A stretch of 48,036 bases of DNA from a virus (taxonomy: Duplodnaviria; Caudoviricetes): positions 1 through 48,036 of IMG/VR virus record IMGVR_UViG_3300012942_000009; one strand, 5' to 3'. How positions within the stretch are numbered: position 1 is the stretch's first letter; each line of letters begins with the position of its first letter. The translations under genes and the position numbers were made by a program. The notes beneath the pieces were generated by a model. It worked only from the letters and a program-made list of their open reading frames with translations, made no database searches and was not told where the DNA came from. Positions 15,979 through 27,000 of the stretch are shown piece after piece.

Positions 15979-16960
15979 ATTTGACGCGGATGATATAGTT
16001 AAGGATGAGCGCGGGCGGCATGTTTTGGCTATCGCCTGCGCCTGCGGTGGCCATGGTGATGCCCGTGGTGGCACTCCCTGTGGTATTGCCAGTACTGTTG
16101 GTGATAAGGCAAGTCGCTTCGCCCGCCACATCCACGCCGACACTCCCGGTCATCGGGTGGTCATGGCCGGGGTCGGTCAGGGTGTGGTCGTGTTCCTGCA
16201 TGGCTTCGTCACCGCCCGCCGCGCCCAGCGTGGCGCCGTCGATGCCGCTCACCGCCGAAGTCACACGGTCGGCCGCGGTTCCTCCCATATCGTCTTTCCC
16301 GAAGGCTGTGCGCCCACGCAGGTCGGGCTTGTTAAAGGTGGTGGTGCCGTCACCGCTGCCGTAGGTCTCACCGATGACCGCAAACAGGGCGGCGTAATCG
16401 GTGCGACTGAGCGCGCCGCCATCGGCGAAATCCCAGTTGGTCGGCGCCACCGTGCCGGAGAACGGCGCAATGATACCCACCGGCCATATTACGCCCGCGG
16501 CCGACGCGGCGGCATCAGCCGCGGATGCCTCGGCAGCCTCGGCCGCAGCCTGTGCTTCCGCCAGCAACGCGTTGCTCTCCTTGAGCAGGTCTACCTTGGT
16601 GAAGGTCTTGTCATCGTAGAGGGCCATGTGCCGTGGCGGTGGCGGCGCGGTGTATTGCCAGAACGAGTAGGTGGAAGAATCGGCATCGGCCTCAAGGATA
16701 AAGCCATCCGTTGCGATGGCATACCCGAATACGCCGTCCCTGTACCAATTCCCCGTCTTGGCCACGTAGACGCCATTGGCGGTGGGATTGGCCTGTCCCG
16801 CCACCAACACAAGGTCGCCATCGGCGAGGGTGATGCCATCGACGGTCTGGAGGCCACTCAGGGTGATGGCGGTGTCCGCCGCCGCGCGCACGATGCGCAG
16901 CACGCGCATGGCGGCATAGGTGTCAATCAGGCGCGGCAGGTCGGTGGCGGTGGTGGTCAT
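15977..16960 (-). CDS. Tail fibre protein with tail-collar domain
   Basis: PVGIIAPF...P..W...DG.ALSRTDYAALFAVIG.TYG.GDG.TTFN.PDLRGR...NMPPALILNYII. Confidence 0.85.
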   Translation of the reverse strand: MTTTATDLPRLIDTYAAMRVLRIVRAAADTAITLSGLQTVDGITLADGDLVLVAGQANPTANGVYVAKTGNWYRDGVFGYAIATDGFILEADADSSTYSFWQYTAPPPPRHMALYDDKTFTKVDLLKESNALLAEAQAAAEAAEASAADAAASAAGVIWPVGIIAPFSGTVAPTNWDFADGGALSRTDYAALFAVIGETYGSGDGTTTFNKPDLRGRTAFGKDDMGGTAADRVTSAVSGIDGATLGAAGGDEAMQEHDHTLTDPGHDHPMTGSVGVDVAGEATCLITNSTGNTTGSATTGITMATAGAGDSQNMPPALILNYIIRVK

Positions 16961-16963
16961 GGA

Positions 16964-17212
16964 TTATCTCTTCACATAGGTGGTCAGGGCATCGTGGCGG
17001 CGGCTGCAATCACCGTAGACATCCATCACCGTCACTGCGTACTGGGTCAGGTCACCCATGTCCATGGTCTCCGGTACAATCGGCAGCGGCTTGCACGGTT
17101 GCGCGGCGTTAGCGGGTGCCGGGGCTGTTAGCGGCGCGGGCGTCCTGAAGGAGACGCACGCCGTCAGCAGGCACGCGACACTCATGGTAAACAGGGTTGT
17201 TGGCCAGTTCAT
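16964..17212 (-). CDS. o-spanin (Rz1-like lipoprotein)
   Basis: Lipobox LLTAC, Pro-rich region, C-terminal YGDCSRRH; overlaps the i-spanin gene. Confidence 0.75.
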   Translation of the reverse strand: MNWPTTLFTMSVACLLTACVSFRTPAPLTAPAPANAAQPCKPLPIVPETMDMGDLTQYAVTVMDVYGDCSRRHDALTTYVKR

Positions 17213-17480
17213 CCTTGAGCCTTTCGTTGAGTTGGTTGGCGCGGGTGGTGGCCGCGTCCAGTTGCTGTTCCAGCTTCTCGGCCACATCATGAGCCTTGAC
17301 CACCTGCGCTTGATATTCGGCGATTTCGCGGTCTTTCTGTGCGCGTTCTGCATCCACAACACCGCGGTGGTGAAGATATGCCACAATGGCTGCACATACA
17401 GCCACAGCCGCCACAACCTCAAGGATGGGACGCAGGTACGGGCGCAGCAGGGTGAGAAGGGCTATCATCCGTTCAAGCAC
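17109..17480 (-). CDS. i-spanin (Rz-like)
   Basis: N-terminal TM, coiled coil, C-terminal ECRVPADGVRLL. Confidence 0.75.
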   Translation of the reverse strand: MLERMIALLTLLRPYLRPILEVVAAVAVCAAIVAYLHHRGVVDAERAQKDREIAEYQAQVVKAHDVAEKLEQQLDAATTRANQLNERLKDELANNPVYHECRVPADGVRLLQDARAANSPGTR

Positions 17481-19657
17481 TCCTGCGCGCTGTCGGCCTT
17501 GGTTACGTTACCGGACGTGGTGAAGGTGGTGCCGTCTGTATTGAAGTATCGGGCTACGGCGCTGGTGGTGGCCTGAATGTCGAAATCGGCATCCTCGCTA
17601 GTGCAGTCGATGAAGTAGCCGCTGGAGCCCGCACCATCAATCTGGAAGTTGATTTTGTTACCGTTGCTTAAATCGTTGTGCGCGTAACAGCCTACATTCA
17701 GCGAATTCATGCCTGCGGTCACGTCTGCGATGTTCGGGCCGTAGTTGCCATAGTATTCGCCGTTGAGGCGCACGCAAGCGGCTCCTGTCACGCCATCGCT
17801 GTGATTGGTGGAACCGTTGTCATTGGAGGCACCGGAAATGCCGTTGAGATACGCCGTACAATCTTCCTCATACATCTTGCAGGCGCCCCCGCTCTGGTGG
17901 TAGCTGAAGCCATCGTAATCGCCGCCATAAGCTGTACAGCCTTTCAGGAAACTTGTCGTACCGAGGAAGCTCCAGCAACCGTTGCCACTCGCAGCTTTAC
18001 TGAATCCGGCACCACAGTTCTTGGCATAGACGGTCAATTTGTAAGTGGCGCCGTTGACCCTGAACTTCACCGTGGGCGTATTGTAGGTGTTGATGTTCTC
18101 CATCCACAACGAGACGTTCTTGGACGAGGAACCGAAGATGGTGAACTCGGCGTTTGTCTCGGCAGGAAATACGTCAGCATCCGGCACACGGTCATCATAG
18201 GTATGGGCATAGGTTATCCCGGCACCCGTATCCACGTAGAATGACCCGGCCGTAGAGTCCACGGTGGCAATATTTGCTACCAGAACCATCTTCCCAAAAT
18301 TGGTAAGTGGACTGATGTTCGCCTCATCATGCAGACCTACAACATTCCCGTTGGCATATTCGTAAACATTTGTATAACCATCAGTCTTGGTCCATGCCAC
18401 GTCGTACTCGCCACCAAGGAAATTGACTACGCCGCTCGGGCAACGGATGATGGTGTTGTTCTTCAACTTGGGCGTACCCGGCAGGTTTCCCCATTTTGAG
18501 AGAGGGATGTTGCCGTCATCCAAGCATATCACTTCCCCGCAATCACTGGGTGTGAGCGCCTTGGCCAAGGTCTGGTACGGCGTGGCCTCGCTGCCATCGC
18601 CCGTACTGTCGCTGCCGCTGAGAGGCGAGAAGTAATAAGTAGCATTGCCGGTGGGCTTGTAGTCGTCGATGTTGAACGTGGACTTGTAAGTGCCATCACC
18701 AATGGGTACGATACTGAAAGGAAGCCAACTGAATGCCGTGGGAAGCGAAAGTGTCGGCGGTTTCTTGATTGTCATCCGTGCAATCCATGGCCGGTTAAGG
18801 TCGGTGGGGATGGTGTAGTCGCCACCGAATTCAAGCACTGTCTGCGTGCTACCGTCATCGAAGGTATAGGTGATGAAGTTACTGTCATAAGGCAACGTCA
18901 AACTAGCTTGGTCGGCGGCGCGGGTAGACGCAGCGGTAGTCGTGGCGATATAACTGGTAGCGCCATCGTCCGCTTCGCATTGGCCACGGTATACCGTGAA
19001 GCTGTCGGTGCCGTTGCCCGTGAAAGTGGCCAGCCGTGAACCGGTCAGGCTGTTGGTGAAAGCATAGCCGCTGCCGCCCGTGGCTCCGGTATCGGCCGTA
19101 CTGATGGCGATACAGCGCCATACTCCCCCTCCGAGGTCAATCATACTGGCGGTGACACTGGCATGAACATTTCCCACCACGCCATTAATCAGGTCGAAGT
19201 TGGCATATCGACCGCCGCTGAATGCGCCGCTGTTGAGGAAGATTTGGAAAACATCATAGGTTCCCGCTTCCACATCGTACCAGTGTACATAAGATTGTCC
19301 GCCTGTGTAGGTTATAGACGTACTCACGACATAGTGCTGGGTGTTGGCGCTCCCAATCGTCACCACACTACCACTTACTGTGGCGCCGGTTTTACCCCAC
19401 CACGCATTGGTGAAATCCTCACTGTGCTGGAACATGTTTGTCGCCGCAGCCTCAATCAGCAATCCCAGCGCGGTCCCAGTGGATGGAATGTGGTCGAAAC
19501 GCGCCTCATCGACGGCGGCCATCTGTTGGCTGCCGCTTGCATCAAAGTAGGCTCCTGCGCTCGCCCGACTGAACGTCATACCGTCCGGCAACACGCCATC
19601 GGTGAAATCGATATTCCACTTGTCGGCGGCTTCGGAAAGGAGCAGGAGCAACGACAT
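17465..19657 (-). CDS. Virion fibre/spike protein with beta-helix C-terminal domain
   Basis: TFSRASAGAYFD...ARFD...GLLIEAAATN...TSYIATT...TRAAD fibre signature; GSDSTGDGSEATPYQTL; beta-helix-like repeats. Confidence 0.7.
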   Translation of the reverse strand: MSLLLLLSEAADKWNIDFTDGVLPDGMTFSRASAGAYFDASGSQQMAAVDEARFDHIPSTGTALGLLIEAAATNMFQHSEDFTNAWWGKTGATVSGSVVTIGSANTQHYVVSTSITYTGGQSYVHWYDVEAGTYDVFQIFLNSGAFSGGRYANFDLINGVVGNVHASVTASMIDLGGGVWRCIAISTADTGATGGSGYAFTNSLTGSRLATFTGNGTDSFTVYRGQCEADDGATSYIATTTAASTRAADQASLTLPYDSNFITYTFDDGSTQTVLEFGGDYTIPTDLNRPWIARMTIKKPPTLSLPTAFSWLPFSIVPIGDGTYKSTFNIDDYKPTGNATYYFSPLSGSDSTGDGSEATPYQTLAKALTPSDCGEVICLDDGNIPLSKWGNLPGTPKLKNNTIIRCPSGVVNFLGGEYDVAWTKTDGYTNVYEYANGNVVGLHDEANISPLTNFGKMVLVANIATVDSTAGSFYVDTGAGITYAHTYDDRVPDADVFPAETNAEFTIFGSSSKNVSLWMENINTYNTPTVKFRVNGATYKLTVYAKNCGAGFSKAASGNGCWSFLGTTSFLKGCTAYGGDYDGFSYHQSGGACKMYEEDCTAYLNGISGASNDNGSTNHSDGVTGAACVRLNGEYYGNYGPNIADVTAGMNSLNVGCYAHNDLSNGNKINFQIDGAGSSGYFIDCTSEDADFDIQATTSAVARYFNTDGTTFTTSGNVTKADSAQECLNG

Positions 19658-19659
19658 GC

Positions 19660-20004
19660 CTAGGCCACCTTGATGCCGATGATGGTGATGGCCTTTGAGG
19701 TTTCCGTGGCGCTGGACACAGGCTTCACCTGAAGCGCGCCCAGCGCTAGGACAGCGCGCATGTTGTGGAACGCCGCACTGTTGTCGATGGTCACCGACAC
19801 ATCGTTGTTCTGGTCATCCTTGAGGGGATAGAAGTTGGTGCCGTCCACCGATGCCTTGAAGGTGATGGTGGTGCCTGCCATGCTGGCAGGCACGATGATG
19901 CCGCCGAGCGCGAAGCCGCGGATGTCCACGGCAGTTCCCTCCGTTCCGCCGTCAATCGTGCTGTCTCCCTTGATGATGTAGAGGTGGTCGTTGTAGTCGC
20001 TCAT
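19660..20004 (-). CDS. Small virion-associated beta protein
   Basis: AAGGAG RBS; TITFKASVDGTNFYPL motif. Confidence 0.6.
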   Translation of the reverse strand: MSDYNDHLYIIKGDSTIDGGTEGTAVDIRGFALGGIIVPASMAGTTITFKASVDGTNFYPLKDDQNNDVSVTIDNSAAFHNMRAVLALGALQVKPVSSATETSKAITIIGIKVA

Positions 20005-20008
20005 GGTT

Positions 20009-20299
20009 TTACTCCTTGGTGGGTTGGGATTGGTCTGAAGTGTTGTCTGCACTGGTGAGGTTCTTGCCCACACGGTCACCCACCAGAATCAGCAGGCTGC
20101 TGCCGATGGCGGTGAGCGTCGCAGTGAACATCGAGGCAATGACCGTCAGGGTCGATGGCGTGTAATCGCCAAAGATAACCGCCAGCACCAGCGTGGTGAT
20201 GATGCCGTGCATGGTCCAAATACTGTACGTCAGGGTATGGCGCACAGCATCGCGGCCGATAAGGGCCTTGAGGGCTTTACGGGCGCGCGCCATATCCAT
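20009..20299 (-). CDS. Putative holin
   Basis: Two TM helices, M-D-M dual-start-like N-terminus, adjacent to the endolysin candidate. Confidence 0.5.
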   Translation of the reverse strand: MDMARARKALKALIGRDAVRHTLTYSIWTMHGIITTLVLAVIFGDYTPSTLTVIASMFTATLTAIGSSLLILVGDRVGKNLTSADNTSDQSQPTKE

Positions 20300-20300
20300 G

Positions 20301-20708
20301 TTAAGCTCCAGCCATGGCGATGGCTTCATCGAGCACGTTATCGGGATACGGCTGCATCCCGTTCTCGTGATGGATGATGGCGGACACCAGCGCGCGCAAC
20401 GTGACATGGTCGGAAAGGTCGAGCGGCTGCTCCGCGCCCACCTTCATATCGGACGCCACCGCACGAATATAGGCATCTGTGTCGTTCTCCAAGCCCGGCG
20501 CCCAACGGTTGATGATGGAACTCACGGTGTTCAAGCCGTATTTCTTCTGGTAGTTGCGCAGGATTACCACAGCTGCGCGGATGCCATATACCGCCGCGCT
20601 GAACTGGAAGAACGCCGGGTCATGCTGCTCTGGCGCAAGACCCTTCCATTTGTCTTTGCTCAGCCGAATGTTCATTGGATTAAAGTTGCGTATTCCGCGC
20701 GGTTGCAT
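20301..20708 (-). CDS. Putative endolysin ('structural protein P5'-like, lysozyme-like fold)
   Basis: PRGIRNFNPMNIR...YGIRA...LRNY...TVSSIINRWAP..ENDTDAYI. Confidence 0.65.
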   Translation of the reverse strand: MQPRGIRNFNPMNIRLSKDKWKGLAPEQHDPAFFQFSAAVYGIRAAVVILRNYQKKYGLNTVSSIINRWAPGLENDTDAYIRAVASDMKVGAEQPLDLSDHVTLRALVSAIIHHENGMQPYPDNVLDEAIAMAGA

Positions 20709-20718
20709 GGTTGCTCTC

Positions 20719-23193
20719 CTATCTCACCGCCGTGGTGGCGGCATCCAACACGAAGTTGATGGTTGCGGTATCAGCCGGGTCTGCATCCAGCGTCACCGTG
20801 TAGGTGCGGCTGCTTAATGTCACGGCGGCTTTCTTGGCGGATTTAAGGTCACTGCTTGGCAGAATCACAAAATCGTTCACATCCATGTTGGCGCTGGCGA
20901 ATGCCTTGGTGAATGCGGTTGAACCCGTGGTGCCAACCAGAGTCACCGTCTTGGTGGCGGTAGTGCTGCCGCTGGCAATGGTAAGCTGGCCAACGATGCG
21001 ACTGGTGTTGGTGCCATTGAGGCGCCGCGTCACGCTGCTGTTACGGCCAATCACGAAGCTGGTGCGTGTGTGGTTGGTGGCCGTCACATCCTCCCACGCA
21101 TCCTCGTAGAGATTGTTCTCGTTAACGCTGCTGTTGCTCTCGTTGATGACGCTGCGGCAGATGCAGTTATAGGCTTCGATGTTCTTGGCCTTGCTGTTCT
21201 TCATGCCTGCAATGTCTAGGCCATAGGTAGTCTTGGCATCTTTGAGAATGAGGCCGTCGATAATAATTCCTTCGGCGCTGACACTCGAACTCTGCGCAAC
21301 ACGGATGCCGGATGTACCGGGGTCTTCAATGGTGCCATTGCGCAAGTGGATGCGGGCACCTCCGCCTATCCCGATGCTCTCCAGCGTATACTTGGCCGCG
21401 GTGCCTGTTGCGGTCAGACCGGTTTCATCGTCGGCGGCGCTTCCTCGCGTGTTGTTATCAACCAGATAGTTCACGGTCTTGGCGCTGTTATCCACGGAGG
21501 AAATCACGAAACGCCCGTTGTTGCTGGCGTTCACAGCGCCGCTTATCACAATCTGGCAGTTGCTGGTGGCAGCAAGGGTGGAAAGGTCGGGACTGTCGCT
21601 GAAGTGCGCCTGCACCGTATTGCCGCTCTGCCACGTGATGGTGTCGATGGTGCCGGTGGCCAAGGTAGCGCCCACCTGAGGACTGTGGATATGGTAGCCA
21701 TCCACGCTGCAATCGAAGGCGTTGAGGAACTGGAGCGCACGGCCATTGCTGTTCTTGGCCTGCCATCCGCGGATATGCACATTGCTGGCATTGCTCACGA
21801 TATTGCTATTGCCGCCCAAGTTGCCACTGGCGCCGCTGTCGGTCTCCACATTATCGATATAGACATGCGAGACCGCCTCGGTATAACTGGAATCGCCGCA
21901 GGTAATCGACATGTTGCCGCCCATGGCATTGGCGGTGACCTCATCATGCACGCCCATAAAGGTGTTGCTTACATAGATGTCCTTGATGACGGAGCCCACC
22001 GCGGCCGAGGCACTGTCCACAAGAATCTTGAAGCTGGAGTTCTGTTTGGTCTTGAAGGAGCAGTTGGTGATGCGTATGTTCTTGATGGTGTAGGCGGTGC
22101 CTCCGCCTTCCTGCGTGATGCTGAACGCATCGTCACCGCTCTCAATCCACACACCGTTGAAGCTGACGTTCTCGCAATCGCGGCCAAGGTGGATGCCGTC
22201 TTCGCCGGTGCTGTCGCCGGACTTGACGCCGCCGCCCACGAACACCGCATCATTGACGCTGCGCAGGTGAACGTTGTAGCTGCCCATGTCATTGCCGCCG
22301 TAGGTGCCGATGCCTTCCACGTAGAGGTTGTTGGTGAAGCTGAACACGATGCCCTTGCGGCTGGGGCTGGCCATGGTCGAGAACTTGATGCCGCCGCCTT
22401 GGAAATAGACGCGTACGTTCTCTTGGTAATCGCCGCCATCGGTCGTCCAGTTGCGGCCATTGAGGGCGCCCTGCACACCTCCCGTGAAGTCGTGCAGGAT
22501 AAACCCTTGCAGGAACAGCAGGAGGTCGCTGTCGTAATACAATGGCCCGGTAATGCGGTAGGTCTTACCCTTGGTCAGCACCGAAACGCCACCGGCATCG
22601 AGCCAGTTTTGCAGAGCTTCGGTGTCATCGGTGGTGCCGTCGCCAACCGCGCCAAAACTTTCAGGAAGATTGATACCCATGCCGATAATGGATGCCGCAG
22701 CTTCTTCCGCCGATGTCGCGCTTGCCGCGGCACTTGTCGCCGAGGCGGCAGCAGCAGTTGCACTGGCAGCAGCCTCTTGGGCATAGATAGCCTGCGCCAA
22801 TCCAGCTGTTTCAAAGGTAATGTCGCTTTCACCGAAAATCACCGGGTTGGCGGTGGTCAGCATGTAGACGTTACCATCATCGGTTCCGTCATAAGACACC
22901 ACCACCAGCGTGCCATACACCGCATCGCGCGCGCCGTCGAAATCCTTGGCACGGTTCCATGCGCCTTGGCGCACCTCATAAATCCCGTTGTCGATGGGGT
23001 CAGTCTGGCCCATGGCCAACACGCGGTCGGGCGGCAGGTAGTTGGGCGCGCCCACGTTTTCGCTCACCGCCACGCCGTTGATGGTCTGCTCACCGGAAAG
23101 CGTGATGGGCTGGTCAGTGGCCACCTTGACCGGCGCCTTCACCGCCACGCTGGTGGTCAGGCCGTCGATTCTGCTGGCATAGGTTGCGGGCAT
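20719..23193 (-). CDS. Tailspike, pectate-lyase-like right-handed beta-helix depolymerase
   Basis: FGAVGDGTTDDTEALQ, DGIH...SGDDAFSI (GH28-like), N-terminal anchor domain. Confidence 0.85.
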   Translation of the reverse strand: MPATYASRIDGLTTSVAVKAPVKVATDQPITLSGEQTINGVAVSENVGAPNYLPPDRVLAMGQTDPIDNGIYEVRQGAWNRAKDFDGARDAVYGTLVVVSYDGTDDGNVYMLTTANPVIFGESDITFETAGLAQAIYAQEAAASATAAAASATSAAASATSAEEAAASIIGMGINLPESFGAVGDGTTDDTEALQNWLDAGGVSVLTKGKTYRITGPLYYDSDLLLFLQGFILHDFTGGVQGALNGRNWTTDGGDYQENVRVYFQGGGIKFSTMASPSRKGIVFSFTNNLYVEGIGTYGGNDMGSYNVHLRSVNDAVFVGGGVKSGDSTGEDGIHLGRDCENVSFNGVWIESGDDAFSITQEGGGTAYTIKNIRITNCSFKTKQNSSFKILVDSASAAVGSVIKDIYVSNTFMGVHDEVTANAMGGNMSITCGDSSYTEAVSHVYIDNVETDSGASGNLGGNSNIVSNASNVHIRGWQAKNSNGRALQFLNAFDCSVDGYHIHSPQVGATLATGTIDTITWQSGNTVQAHFSDSPDLSTLAATSNCQIVISGAVNASNNGRFVISSVDNSAKTVNYLVDNNTRGSAADDETGLTATGTAAKYTLESIGIGGGARIHLRNGTIEDPGTSGIRVAQSSSVSAEGIIIDGLILKDAKTTYGLDIAGMKNSKAKNIEAYNCICRSVINESNSSVNENNLYEDAWEDVTATNHTRTSFVIGRNSSVTRRLNGTNTSRIVGQLTIASGSTTATKTVTLVGTTGSTAFTKAFASANMDVNDFVILPSSDLKSAKKAAVTLSSRTYTVTLDADPADTATINFVLDAATTAVR

Positions 23194-23196
23194 CGC

Positions 23197-23640
23197 TTAG
23201 GTCCTCCGCGGCACACGGTGTTCGATGTTGACTTCAAGGCGGCCAAGACGCCGGTCCACCGCGCGCATCTGTTCGCTATGGTCCTTCTGGACCTCGACCA
23301 CCTCCTTGAGGATAGATGCCACCTGTTGCAGGCCCATGGAAATGGCATTGTTGCTCTGGACCATCGTTGTGTTGGTATCGCTCTGGCGCATCATACTTAC
23401 CTCACAGTTACGGACCACCTCTGTCACCTTGCCTAGGGTTTCAAAGCCCACACGGGTCAGGTCGATAATGTTGCGGTCCCGGTCCGTATCACGCCGGTCT
23501 ATGTGGTTTACCCGAAGCTTCAGGAAGCCCCACACCGAAACCGAGGCCGCGGTGGCGGCAAGAATCATCACGGCGGTCATCGCCGCCATCGGGTTGCGGG
23601 CAAGGACATCGGCAAGGGTTGATACGGTGTTCACATCCAT
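23197..23640 (-). CDS. Membrane-anchored coiled-coil protein (holin/antiholin-like or virion-associated)
   Basis: N-terminal TM followed by coiled coil. Confidence 0.55.
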   Translation of the reverse strand: MDVNTVSTLADVLARNPMAAMTAVMILAATAASVSVWGFLKLRVNHIDRRDTDRDRNIIDLTRVGFETLGKVTEVVRNCEVSMMRQSDTNTTMVQSNNAISMGLQQVASILKEVVEVQKDHSEQMRAVDRRLGRLEVNIEHRVPRRT

Positions 23641-23799
23641 GCGTTCACAGTAGCGCGTGGAAAGCCGTGACAACAGTTTAAGTTATCAATAGGTTGTGAT
23701 GTTTTGCTAATGCAATGCGCAATGCCACGACACCGTGCATTCATCGCCAACAAAAGCTATATCCTTGACACGGACGGACAACATGCACAATAATAGGGC

Positions 23800-24096
23800 A
23801 TGGAACTCTTATTTTACATTTGCCTCTTCGGCTTTATCGGTCTCATCGCCATCTTTCCGCTGATTACCGGTCTTGTGGAATTGTCGCTGCCGTCCTTCGG
23901 CCTCACCGATTTCCTGCGCATCGCCAACAACCTCGCCACCATGGCGTTCGTGCCGGGTGTATTTTATCTGCTGCGTGAAACGAGCCTCAAGGGGCCTCTT
24001 GTTTTCTTCATCCTCTTCGTGGCTTTCGTCATCACCGCCGTGTGGTGGAACATCAGCGATGAAATCCTCTTCGACGACCGCCGCCAGATTTTCTAA
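23800..24096 (+). CDS. Three-TM membrane protein, moron-like
   Basis: Opposite strand within the late region, own TTGACA promoter at 23765, two operator-like sites. Confidence 0.7.
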   Translation: MELLFYICLFGFIGLIAIFPLITGLVELSLPSFGLTDFLRIANNLATMAFVPGVFYLLRETSLKGPLVFFILFVAFVITAVWWNISDEILFDDRRQIF

Positions 24097-27000
24097 TCCA
24101 AACTGTTCTGGATAACCCTGTTAGCCACGCTGTCGGGGAATCCAAGTACACGTACTATTCCGGCGCGGTCATCCCCATACTGGAAGTCCTCAACGGCCCG
24201 CATCACCTGTGGGATGCGGCCGATGGGCACGCCGGTCAACTCGCCGCCGCCTTGCAGCACTTTCCACAGGCCTTCAATAACTTCATCATCTCCGGGGTCA
24301 AAACCATTCTTAGCCATCTTGGCGAAGCCTTGGCTCATGTCCGAGGACCATTGCACGGCTGGATTGGTGCGTTCAAAGGTATGCAGTCCCTGCAACTTGC
24401 GAATCAGGCCATCCACAATGTCATAGACGATGAAGGCGCCGTTGAGCGAGCCCCACAGTGCGGCGCGAAGCTGGTTGTCCGGGTCCCATTCGAAGAAGTC
24501 CGCCACGAACTGGTAGAGCATCGGAATGGCGAAATGGTAAAGCGCGATGCGTTTGGCCGCCTGCGCCGGGCTGATTTTACCGCGCACACCATCCAGCACC
24601 GCCCGCATCTCGCGGCGGTAAAGCTGGTTGGTGTCGGCCATCAACATGGTCACCGAGCGCGCGAGGATGCTCGGGCTGCTTTGCAGGCGGCTCAACTGGT
24701 CGAGGTCGCCAGTGGCATGGGTCAGGCTGGTGGCATCCTCAAACGCTTGGAGAGCCTCGGCATGGCTCTTGCCCAGTACCTTGCGGTGATAGCGGTACAC
24801 CGGCCATCCGCCTGAAATGATGCTGGCGATGTCTCCGGTCTGCGTGAACCACAACATCATGTTGTTGAGGGTCTGCTTGGCGCGCCAGCGTCCGAACTCG
24901 GAAGACTGGTAGGCCAAGGCGATGTCGCGGTCGAGGGTTTTGCGGCGCGCCTTGAGCAACTCCGATTGGCCGAGAATCTTGGCAACCTCACGCGGGTGTG
25001 CGGCGAAATCGGCCAGACCGATAGTGAAGTCCTTGACCGGGATACCCTCGGCATAGGCAAGGAACTGTGTGAAGTTCTTGATGGCCAGAGCGGGCTTGGC
25101 GCCAAGCACCGCCACCGTGAAGTTCTGGCGCATGCCTTCCATGAGGTCTATGGATTCGTTTAGTTTCTTAATCTGCCCGGCGCGGAAGTCCTGCATGTAA
25201 TCCTTGATGTTGCGGGTAATCGCCGTACCGAACTTGTCATCGATGACATTGGTGATGCGGTGGTCACCGAACACCGCACCGAGTTCCTGCACCTTGTCGG
25301 CAAATGTCATGAAGTGCGCCATCTCGGCGATGTGCTTTTGCAGCACCATAAAGTCGTTCATATCCTTGAGCGCGCTAATGCTGGCTACACGGCTTTTCAG
25401 GCTGCCCGGCGCCACACTGCGGCGGTAGGCAACATCCTGTGTGAACATCGGGTTATTGACATCGTGGTGCTCGCGCGCAATCGGACTGTACATCGGATTG
25501 TTGGGCAGGTTGACGCCGTAGGAGCGGCTGTAAACATCGTTGATTTGCGGATAGAACCAGCGGTAGAAATCCAACTGCATGCGCACAAATGCCTTGTCTT
25601 CAGGAGTGAGGAAGCTGTCGAGCGCATCGAGCATGGAGGGAGAGTAGGCGTTCCCCATCGGATGGGTGATGGTGTCCACCAGCGTGGGGTCCTGCAATTC
25701 CATCCAGCGTTTGCGCGCCTCGGCCTTGCTCAGTTGCAGGCGCACCGGTTTGCCTGCGCTGTTGTGGAATGTGCCCAAGTCCACCTTCTTGCTGTCGGCC
25801 GCCAACTGGCTCATGAATTTGCCTTCGCGGGTGAAGCCCAGCGCCGCCATCAATTTGTTGCGCGCAGGCGTCTTCAGCGCGCGCATGCCGCCTTCGGTGA
25901 AGAATTCAGTGGCATGGCGCACCACGCCCTTGCGCTGCTGGAACAGACGGTTCACGTCCATGCCCAATGTTTGCAGAAGCTGGTCACCGACGCCGGTTTT
26001 GTCCGCGCCGAAAATCAGGTTCATGGTGTCCTGCCAACTGTTGAAGGCGCCGTAGGCTTCACCGCGTACATTGCGGCCATGCGCCTTGGCACGCGCCACC
26101 AAGCTGGTGCGGTCAATCAGGTTGCGGTCGTATACATTCGGCAGCGGCTCCACGCCGTCAAACCACTTGTCGAACACCTTGCGCATCGCCGGGTCGATGG
26201 TGGTGGTGCGGCCCTTGATGCTGGCGTAAATCTGGCCGAGCCATTGCTTGAAGTGTTCAAACGCGCGTTTCAGCGCCGGGGTGGGAGCCTTTCCGTCTTC
26301 AAGGTACTTTTCGAAGTCCTCGGCCACCCGTTCGTGCTGGTCCACCGTCAGCGGCTGGCCGTCCGCCGCGCCCACCAAGTTGCGCACCGCGGCGGAATCG
26401 GCCTTGAGGTCGGCGGTTGCCTCGGGGTGCGCCGCCAGTTGGTCGAGCAGGTTCCAGTAGAAGTGGCCGGTTTCATGCAAGAAGGTGGACTTGTTGGCAG
26501 TATCGAACAGCCGGATAATCGCACCGGCGTCGCCCTGCGGCAGCGTGATGGAGCCGCGGGCCAGCCCCATATTATTCTGGAACAGTTCGAGCCCTTCGCT
26601 GACACCGGCTTTGATGGCGGGGGTGAGGTCGAGGGAATGGACTTCGCCGTTCCCGGTATCTACGCCGCGTGCTCGGACATCAGCGAAGTATTCTTCCCGT
26701 TCAGCAGGACTCATACCTTGGGCGATGCGCGATGCAGCAGTTCCCAGTTCTATCTTGCCGGTTTTTCCGCCCCACCGCTTCACAATCTTATCCACGGCCT
26801 TGGGCAGGATATTGTCGTAAAAGCCCTTCATACCCTCGCCGCCAACCTTCAGGTCTAGGCCCTTCATATCCACCGCTTGGTCGGGTGAATCTACAACCTT
26901 TTGTGTAAGTTCTTTACCAATAATATCAGAAAGTTCGTTAATATTTTCAGCGCGCCGGTCTGCAATAACCTCACGCCCGTTGGTGTCGGCTGCCGAAACC

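Noticed and set aside
15977-23193. Diversity-generating retroelement acting on tail fibres (the head genes resemble BPP-1-type podophages)
   Set aside because: No reverse transcriptase ORF and no template/variable repeat pair seen
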